The notes beneath the pieces were generated by a model. It saw nothing but the letters and a program-made list of their open reading frames with translations, did not search any database and had not been told where the DNA came from. Made by a program: the position numbers and the translations under genes. From sequence record KJ019143.1: a stretch of 64,000 bases of DNA; one strand, given 5' to 3'. Positions 29,001 through 35,300 of the stretch are shown here, one piece after another; position 1 is the first letter of the stretch, and each line of letters begins with the position of its first letter.

Positions 29001-32000
29001 TTCAACTATGAGGTTCTATCAGTTCAGTCTCCAACAACCTTCACTATCAATGTAGGTTCTCAGGCAGATATCCCACACACATATGTGAATGGTGGAACTG
29101 TAAGACCAGGTAACAAGTTTGATGTGGCAACCGCAACCTACAATACTGAAAATGGTATTGTGAGAGTTACTACCACTGAAGATAACTACTTGGTTCTTGG
29201 TAGAGGAGTTAACCTACAGGGTCTAAACTTCTCCTGTACCTCTGGTGGTCCTAACAACAAACCTGGAACACTAACCTTCCCCGACAAAACACCAACCAAT
29301 GTAACCGCCGCCACATATGATAGTGTGACTGGTGTATTACGTATCACAACCAACAGACCTCACCAAGCATACAAGGACGCGTTTGTATCCCTAAACGGAC
29401 TAACCTTCACTTGTGATCCAGGTGGTCCTCTAGTATTCCCTAGAAACCCTGATACTAAGTCCTTCAGAGTTACTAAGAGAGTTGATGACTACACATATGA
29501 GTGTCAGTTGGCACCAACCAATAAGGTTCATACTTATCTAAGTGGTGGTACTTCCTCCACAGGAAACGGAAACTTCAGAGTTTCTCGTCTCATTGATACA
29601 AAGACCTTCGAAGTCACAATGGTTCCTCTAGATCTACCACATACCTATGTAAATGGTGGTTCCGCCGCTAGTGTATTCACTAGACAGATCATTGATGGAA
29701 TCAACATCAACACTAGGAAGTGTGCTAGAGACGTTAGACGTATCTACCTCGCAGTGGCACACGATATCACTCGTGGTGGTAACTGGAAGTGTGTTGAAGG
29801 AGCGAAACTCTACTACGATAACGTGGGTCAAACCAAGTTTATCTCTGGTGGTGAAGTAAATCAAACCGTTGAGGCACTTGACTTCTCCCTAAACATTGTT
29901 AGATGTTTAATCAACAACGTAACATGGGGTGGAGTTCCAAGAGGATATCTCACTAAGGGTGAGAGAAGTGAACTAAGAATTCCATCTTCAGCTAAGACTT
30001 CAGTGGTTGGTTTCAGACAACAACTACTTTCCAACCAATACACTACTCAGAAGAAGAGTATTTCTGGTATGGTATACGATAACCTTACGGGTATCGCAAC
30101 CGTCACCACTAAACTCTCACATGAACTCATCAAGTATGATGGTATTCAACTCTCAGATATTGAGATGAGATGTACTGGTAGTCCAAGGATTACCACCAAT
30201 GTATTCCCTGATGGAACACAAGGTGAGATCTTTGAGGTTATGGAAACTCTAGATGATAGAGTAGCATACATCGTAACTGACGCGTCATACACCAACACCA
30301 CTGGTAAGTTGGTAGTAACAACAACAGGAAACAATGATATTCCTGTTGGATCAAGAGCAAAACTAGATGGTTTACTCTGGACTTGTTCATACGATCCTTC
30401 AAAACAACTTAAGTTCCCAGAGAACAGGAAGTTCCGTTATGAGGTTATCGCAAAACCAGATGGTACAACACTAGAGTTCAATGTTGGTATCTCTACGATT
30501 CCACACACATTTGTTCCAGCTCCTATAGATGTTGAATACACAGTCAAGGAGGATCCAGTTAAGTTTAAGGTTCATGTTGGTACAGTTTCCTTCCCACACA
30601 CCTACTTCGGTGGTGGAACAGTATGGCACAAACTACCATTCACTCCACCTTTCACCCAAACACAGATCAAGGACGTATCACAACAGAAAGATCCAGTCCA
30701 GTTCTCTAACAATACTCCTAACGGATGTGCTAATGTATTCTCCGCTATCAGTAATTGTATTGGTGTTGTTACTAGTATCGTAGCAAATGGATTAGAAGGA
30801 TCAGGTATCTCCACAACTTATCCAGGTAATGATGGTAAAGGTGTTCCAACTATGGATGAGATGCCTTCACAGGGTGTTGGTAACATTATCAAAGGTCCAT
30901 ACATCAGAAACTGTACGAACTTCGTTCCCAAGTCTATTGGTATGAGAATGGATGGTTTCGACGCGGAACCTGGTGATGAAATCTCCAATGGTGTTCAAGG
31001 TTCATCTAACGTTGACTCCTTCACCCAGTTCAACCCTGGTGGTGTTGGTTGTTCCATCTCTAACGGAACCTACCAACAGTTGGTTTCTATCTTCACTATC
31101 TGTTGTGACGAAGCAATCGTATGTGACTCTGGAGCACAACTCGACCTCACTAACTCCAACTCTTCCTTCGGTAGATTGGGTCTAGTCGCAAGAGGTATTG
31201 GTGATAAACTCTCCAAGTGTATCGACAGATATACTGGCATCGTCGCCAAAGAGGCATCAATCGAAGATGACTTAGTTGTTGTGAAGGGTATTGGTGATAA
31301 GAGACCTTACGATGGTCAGGGTATTTTCTTCGGAGAACTCTTCAGGGATGTGGTTAGTATCGAAGTTCTGGACGGTGGTTCAGGTTACAACGATGATATT
31401 CCACCTAACGCGTTTGTCGCAGAACCTACTGGTCCCGCTGGTATTAAGGCGGAAGTTTCACCAACAGTCAGAGATGGTGTTGTTGTTTCTATCGAGGTTA
31501 TCGCAAATGGTAACCAATACAGAGAGAAATTCCCTGAGGTTGTAATATCACCTCCTAAGAGTCCTCTTGGTAGAACCGCAAAAGCAAGGGCAATTACCGA
31601 ACCTCTCTACTATAATGTAGAAAGTTCTTCCCCACCTGAAGAGGGTACAACTAGTATCATCTTCAAACAGCGTCTAAATAATACCGTATCGGTAGGCACA
31701 ACTGTATTCTTCTCTAGATTAAGTCTACAGATTGCCTCCTCTCACTCCTTCGAATACATTGGTGCTGGTAACAGCATTAACGGAGCAAGACCTTCTGAAG
31801 GTGGAGTTCCAATTAAGGAAAATGAGATCGTGAAGGAAGACGGTGGTTCAATTGTCTATACCTCCACTGACCAGGCAGGTAACTTTAACATTGGTGACGA
31901 TTTCGTTATCAACCAGTTCACTGGTACTATCACTGGTAGATCGTTCGATCAATCAGTCCTAAATAAAGTTACTCCACTCATCATCGCCCTAGACAGTTAA
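20097..32000 (+). CDS. Giant virion structural protein, 3967 aa (baseplate/fibre-associated) with about 31 nested beta-repeat domains
   Basis: N-terminal 'KIKFKRS...LGELGINYNDGKLF' module and 'IFVSTKGNDNNSG' beta-helix start. Repeats 'YD..TG...C' and 'NVG.S.I.H.Y..GG'. C-terminal 'VDSFTQFN...TNSNSSFG...SHSFEYIGAG'. Confidence 0.8.
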   Translation: MISTATKIKFKRSGVAGRRPSLADLQLGELGINYNDGKLFFRQENEVVGSRIIEPGQGDVIGKTIFVSTKGNDNNSGLNERDAKRTVKAAAAVAEPGDSIKLYPGQYIEDNPIVFKDRVSVEGMELRNVLVTPANPSKDLYQVGEAFHATNHSFVSNRDSTDGASIITYRPLEGTASDRYFDAARLIRDNLSFIANETVGFLTSGYSGFAAGQRSQDAARALELNKNFIVEEAFQYINSPDYTGATYFNPDPAQCKRDLGNIIDGWRYDLISDGNTRSTGLGLTYYAPIPFVNSANVADLVYNRNNGDVLIETDVDTQVSVGEKIKLQDIRLECGSYNNDFFITGFKYDNTSGIGTVNLPFIHNVKVGDLVKFDGLEFDCPAYGAIEYGIQDFKYNETTGGSVVTLTEDHDLKIGDTIELRDLQFDCPAYGGDFTNIINLEYNKTSGQGVITYDKPADLKSGDVVILYDLTLTCDAYGNAISVTDFSYDNFTGITEVEVNRPHNLRPGDLIKLENLKFSCDSYLNETYKVSNFVYNESTGDSVLTLTEPHSLVAGKNVRLADLVFSCNSYVPTAKAISDFQYDEVVGISTITLASPHNLSVGEQFRLEDLVFSCNSYSFTDIPIIDAPYDNVTGYVTLSFSGDHGQQVGERVRLRDIEYSCPGGSGITTTLFPDGTFGYEFEILSVPNTKKMILNVGTSTIEHSYVSGGTATVGITTTIFPDGTQGFDFNVSSVNSSTVIEASVGISTIAHNYVSGGSLFVGFTTTVFPDGTQGDTFRVNSIPSSTQISVNVGVSSIAHTFVSGGTATDLDSFIPVSGFTYNEGDGTGLVSLDKAHNLVVGDSFVLEDLKFNCNSYRTGGTSTIDITNFEYDKVTGLSTVTLSSSHNLHVNDTVALYDIKFSCPGGSGITTNIFPDGTRDNFYDVVADLNPNQIIVRVGKSDITHTYASGGSLSVGITTNIFPDGTRPSGDFFQVISVPSTKSVLTQVGLSSIAHSYASGGKFYTGITTNVFPQVFTDPNIKVTNAVYDEVSGVITITTNKAHGLTATAPVLLQDLNFSCLSGGVGNTPGNLVFPRNQEVYDVVSVLSTTQYTINVGPSDFSHTYVDGGTSTTQNITKASYNKGTGDLTVTLDKQHGYSVGDRASVVDLLFSCQSGGPNNQPGTLLFPRPTDEYEVLSASGKTLTVNVGAFPSLVHTYKNGGSLTYSSTVLPVSNAVYDQSTGVLTLTTSIALGAPVGSTIKMQGLNFSCASGGPGNDAGAIVFPRLDTPTFKVKEVKSGVSYVINVGTSTLSHTYTSGGFSSLKKLKNDPNIFKVIDTPTPSKVITNVGVSSIAHDYVSGGNMFVGITTNVFPDGTRPDGSRFEVISALSPNQALINIGVSTITHNYDSGGRMQYGTTNERPVLDFLYDGQTGISTVTIRGTHGLNQGDLVKLRGLEFACTNSPGITTTIFPDGTAAGLNIYKVTEIISNSTFKTNVGRVGFDHTYIQGGSAFVGITTNIFPDGTQGYNYTVAAIPNKNQVTVDVGISSIQHDYIRGGSLFSGKTNERDIADFKYDHISGDAVLTFRKAQNLFTQDLVKLKNLQFDCPNSTGITTTLFPDGTRSNLFLIKERLNPTQFKLNVGTSPFGHDYVRGTGQAFVGITTNIFPDTKTQPSKLFKVVDVPTPTTISAKIGVSTISHSYVKGGKVFVGINTDIFPGDEQVSPLGDTYTVQSITKDGELVINVGLSSISHSYGGGGKVLYGQSSGNNLQHITGPGVLDATIAAIDFEKQVAINALNNRPWGSFVPEETAVVEAFAYDNQTGFGTVTARGINVNTGDTIRMSDIQFVCSEEYAGVTTTFFPDNTRPEGQYFRVERRINIDEFEVNIGVSTIKHVFNYETGGNVYRYRQSILDVNYDRSSGITSIRATKHGYKAKDIVELGDIEFDCPVFKPQYDIENFVYDNTTGLSTVTTTVDNTIKVGDNVKLADIKLECPPYGNQRVIDNFVYDNKSGLSTISLTAAHGLNLRPRPSVSISTALYDNQTGILTVTTNADINFTDRSGQGVQLSGLRFSCDSAGFPGTLTYPEENLVYDILEIQSPSKFKINVGLSTIAHEYVNGGAATKVDRFDVKLQGIKFDCPAYGNTIDVTNFLYDQRSGNSLVTVDKAHKLSVGDNIKLADLKFQCAPYGNDYNVLNADYDNTTGIITVTTNQNINGVGVGDTIRLSRLQFDCVGSGPEYNITNVFFNTGNRSVILTVPERPIGLNPGDDIKLTNMSYLEGGSGNVVAYPDGRDSSLNIFRINDVQPNSILPGYFDVTTAFPNVKDPFAIFNNTGRLTTGITTNIYPENVGAEGGFYEVIRLRQDNQFEIQVGTSTITHNYVRQGQMFTGVTTNFFPGNLQNSPRGNIFEIVEVPTATQVRINVGVSSISHSYDSGGQMFVGITTNIFPDGTRGNLFPVVGVANTLTLRIDAGVSSIPHNYVSGGELFVGITTNIFPGNSQNSPRGSIFKVLSKDNECGADRFTINVGVSSITHGYVEGGTVTTGVTTNKFPDGTHGFKFPVIDVLDDNYFTVNVGTSTITHNYISGGFTRRLEVPINSFVYDRVSGLSTVGIQSHRMNIGDLVKLRDVKFNCDPYGGEKTISGVVYDNTSGRMTVNTTGSHSLNINDVVKLSNIQLDCSPYGNERTITAATYNRNNGNLSVQVSEPHNLKISENVKLKGLEFSCSSEHAGVTTTIFPDSTAPSLNIYAIQSITNSTTFMVNVGTSTISHNYVSGGSAFVGITTNIFPGDSQNSPRGSFLSVVDIPASDAFVVNVGVSTISHGYVRGGLVQTGITTDVFPDGTQSDFFKIEDVPSNNTVVINAGISSIIHRYNSGGFAAKYVTYQSNNSQLLDSSVIRVSGDCMAVGERVEELAGIVTSIIKNGPSIAPGGIPVDVVSASYDQSGGALSVTVKDAIDLTPTNIVRIEGLIFECESSGVTNTRVYPDNKVFNYEVLSVQSPTTFTINVGSQADIPHTYVNGGTVRPGNKFDVATATYNTENGIVRVTTTEDNYLVLGRGVNLQGLNFSCTSGGPNNKPGTLTFPDKTPTNVTAATYDSVTGVLRITTNRPHQAYKDAFVSLNGLTFTCDPGGPLVFPRNPDTKSFRVTKRVDDYTYECQLAPTNKVHTYLSGGTSSTGNGNFRVSRLIDTKTFEVTMVPLDLPHTYVNGGSAASVFTRQIIDGININTRKCARDVRRIYLAVAHDITRGGNWKCVEGAKLYYDNVGQTKFISGGEVNQTVEALDFSLNIVRCLINNVTWGGVPRGYLTKGERSELRIPSSAKTSVVGFRQQLLSNQYTTQKKSISGMVYDNLTGIATVTTKLSHELIKYDGIQLSDIEMRCTGSPRITTNVFPDGTQGEIFEVMETLDDRVAYIVTDASYTNTTGKLVVTTTGNNDIPVGSRAKLDGLLWTCSYDPSKQLKFPENRKFRYEVIAKPDGTTLEFNVGISTIPHTFVPAPIDVEYTVKEDPVKFKVHVGTVSFPHTYFGGGTVWHKLPFTPPFTQTQIKDVSQQKDPVQFSNNTPNGCANVFSAISNCIGVVTSIVANGLEGSGISTTYPGNDGKGVPTMDEMPSQGVGNIIKGPYIRNCTNFVPKSIGMRMDGFDAEPGDEISNGVQGSSNVDSFTQFNPGGVGCSISNGTYQQLVSIFTICCDEAIVCDSGAQLDLTNSNSSFGRLGLVARGIGDKLSKCIDRYTGIVAKEASIEDDLVVVKGIGDKRPYDGQGIFFGELFRDVVSIEVLDGGSGYNDDIPPNAFVAEPTGPAGIKAEVSPTVRDGVVVSIEVIANGNQYREKFPEVVISPPKSPLGRTAKARAITEPLYYNVESSSPPEEGTTSIIFKQRLNNTVSVGTTVFFSRLSLQIASSHSFEYIGAGNSINGARPSEGGVPIKENEIVKEDGGSIVYTSTDQAGNFNIGDDFVINQFTGTITGRSFDQSVLNKVTPLIIALDS

Positions 32001-32004
32001 GATC

Positions 32005-32355
32005 ATGGCAGCAGTTGCTTTAAATACGTTCAAAACGGTCAGGCATTTAGTTTCTGATTCCAATGTGGGGATTTATACATCCCCCATTGGTGTTGCCTCT
32101 ATTGTCCTATACGCTCAGGCGACACACGTTGCGAACGATGAAAGTGTATATTTCATTAACTTTTCACATGCTCGTCCCGACGAGGATCCTGTGCAGTTTG
32201 AAATCATTAAGGATGGTCCAGTTATCCCTAATGACGCACTAAACCTATTAACAGGTAGATTAGTTCTCGAAACTGGAGACGAACTTAGAGTATCAGGAAA
32301 TACGACCGGAGATGTGAAGGTTGTTGTTTCTATTCTAGAGACTGCAAAGTCTTAA
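32005..32355 (+). CDS. Small virion structural protein
   Basis: Beta-rich 116-aa ORF directly after the giant gene ('LNTFKT', 'GRLVLETGDEL'). Confidence 0.7.
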   Translation: MAAVALNTFKTVRHLVSDSNVGIYTSPIGVASIVLYAQATHVANDESVYFINFSHARPDEDPVQFEIIKDGPVIPNDALNLLTGRLVLETGDELRVSGNTTGDVKVVVSILETAKS

Positions 32356-32389
32356 TAGCATAACACACACACACCCAAAGCGTAGACCA

Positions 32390-35300
32390 ATGCCTCTAAA
32401 TTATCTTACCGGAAGAGTAAGTAGATTACAAGTTGGATTTCCAGGGTTTTCAACAGCAAAGGACCTTACAGTTGATGTAGCAGGTGCCATTGGTATTGAT
32501 ACCCAAAACCCAAGAGCAGCTGCCGACTTCCCAGATGTCAGTATCCGTGGTGATATTGTTGACTCTGTTGGATTTACCGGTGGTATTGGGTATTTTCTAG
32601 CGCAAGATGTTCAGGGTGTTCGGTGGGTAGAGGCTCCACCTATCAACTCTAATGCCATCTTAGTGTTAGACAATGGAGTTATCGTTGGTGCTGGATCATT
32701 CATTGGTCTAAACTTTGACTCTGGTAAGGATGAGGACTTCCTCTCGGTTGTTCCTGACCCACTAAACCCACAGATTGCAAAGATTGCATATGATGTTCGT
32801 TGGGTAAGATATAATTACGGTAATAATAAAGGTATCTCCACAGGTTTTGGAGATAATGGTGACTACTCCTCTATCCCTGGTTATGGAACCACAGAGGCAG
32901 TTGGTGTTACCTCAGTTGGTATTGGTACTAACCAACCACTAGATGACTTCCAAGTTGGTATTGGATCTACTGGTGTTACTATCAACGGACCTCTAGGTCT
33001 AGTTGATGCAGAAATTATTAAAGCAAAATCAATCTCGGTTGAAGGAAACCTAGAGGTTGAATCACTTATTGTTAGACCTGGTGTTGCCACTCTAACCACT
33101 CTAGATGTATTGAACGAGGCGTTCATACCAGTAGAGTATGTTGGTTTCTCCAGCATTCAAGATGCAAATATTGATGCTCTCTTTGCTAATCAGTTACTAG
33201 CAGGTATTACTACCCTAGGTTTCGGTGGTGAAGATGTATTCATCCTCAACGACTTATATGTTCAGGGTGGTTTAGGTACCTTCGATGGCGACGTATTCGT
33301 TGGTGGAGACCTAACTGTTAAGGGTGAGACGTTCTTCAACCAGATTAACGCAGTCAACTTATCAGTATCTGGTATTGCCACTATCGTCCAAGCGGAGATA
33401 GCTGTTGGTTTAGTTACCGATCTAAAAGTATCTGGTTTCTCTACACTATCAGATTTCTCATTCAACATTGGTGTTGGTACATACCTAGAACTAGAAGATC
33501 TAGATGTATCTGGTGTTGGTAGTTTTGGTGTTGTCAACTCTGGTGATATTAATGTTAGTGGTGGTTTAACCGCTAGTGAGATTGATGCAGATAAGGGATA
33601 CATTGGTATTCTCACAGCAGACTCTATTGTATCTGGTGCAGGTACTATTGGTTCTATCGAGTCTGATGGGAACCTAACAACACTTAATGATATTATTGTT
33701 GGTGGTGCTTCAACCTTCGTTGGTTTGGGTACTTTCCAAGACGATCTCTTTGTTGGTGGTGACCTCTTTGTTAGAGGTGATGTTACCTTTAAGAATATTA
33801 ATGGTGAACAACTACTAATCAGTGGTATTGGTACCATCAAGGAACTAGTCTTTGATAGTGGTATTGGAACCTCACTAGAAGTGAGAGATCAGATTACGAC
33901 TGGTATATCTACGATCAATGAAGCAGATATTCAAGATGCCGCTGTTGAGAGACTTACTGTTGGTGATGCAGAGATCATCGGTATCGCAACTATTACCGAG
34001 ATTGATGTAGATAGAGGTAGAGTTGGTATCCTAACTGGTACAGACCTCTCCTATGCTGGTATCGGTACTATCACGGAGATTGATGTTGACCAGGGTAGAG
34101 TTGGTCTAGTCACTGGTGACACACTACTATACTACGAACAGTCTAGGATCAATAGAGTTACCTTCTTTGATAACTACCTATCAGTTAATCAGAGTCTAAG
34201 AGTTTCTGGTCTCTCCACCTTTGTTGGAACAGGTACATTCTTCAATGACTTGTATGTTGGTGGTGACCTATATGTTGCTGGTGAACTAAACTTCAAACAA
34301 CTCAATGGTGAGAACCTATACCTAACTGGTGTTGGTACCATCTATGATTTACGTAACACTGTTGGTTTCATTACTAACCTCTACGTAGAAGAGTCTGTAA
34401 CTGGTTTAGCAACCATCAGTAGTCTAGTTGGTTCTTCCGCTACCATCACAGACTTCACTGGACAGTCACTACTCATCCAGAATCCATTCAACCCAATGCC
34501 TTTGGATCCAACTGGGATCCCAGGACAGGGTGTTATTGATAGTCTCCTAGTTAGAAACCTAACTTCTTCTAACAACATTCTAGCCAATGACATTGATGCC
34601 AACTTCGTTGACACCGATGATCTAAAGGCTGGTGTTGGTACTATCACTGACCTAGAGTGGACTACCGCTGTTGGTGATGACACTACTACCAATACTCTAC
34701 AGGTTACTGATACAGCAACCATTAACATCATCGATGCCAATCAGATCGATGCCGAAGATGCTAATATTGGAGTTGCCACCCTCTCTAGTCTCCTAGTAAC
34801 TGGTGTCACTACCTTCAAGGGTCAGGTTGATATTGAGGATATTGAGTTCGTTGACCAGAGTGTCACCGGTATTTCCTCTATCAACATCCTCAAGTTCAAT
34901 GTTGGTTATGGAACTTACCTAGAGGTCACTGACTCAGTAACTGGTGTTGGAACTATTGGTCTTGCCAGTATCACAACCGCTCAGGTATCCTTCCTAGATG
35001 TAAGAGATGAGGTAGTTGGAGCATCCACTATTGGTGTTCTATCAGTAACTGAAGGATTTGCAGTATCTGGTTTCTCCACCTTTGTTGGTTTCACTACCTA
35101 TAAAGGAGATGTATTTGTTGATGGTAACTTAACTGTTACTGGTTTCGTTAGTTTCACACAACTAAACGCTGATCAATCACAGATTGGTATCCTAACTGTA
35201 TTCGATGCGTTAGACGCTAGAACGGGTGTTGGTACATTCAAACACCTAGAGACAGTAGATAGTGCAGTTCTATCAGGTGTATCTACCATTGGACTCACAA

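Noticed and set aside
22090-30215. Regularly recurring ~23-nt repeats resembling a CRISPR array
   Set aside because: In-frame coding repeats with variable sequence and long, irregular spacing; no cas genes.
32362-32376. (AC)n tract upstream of a fibre gene as a phase-variation switch
   Set aside because: Short, intergenic and not within an identifiable promoter spacer.
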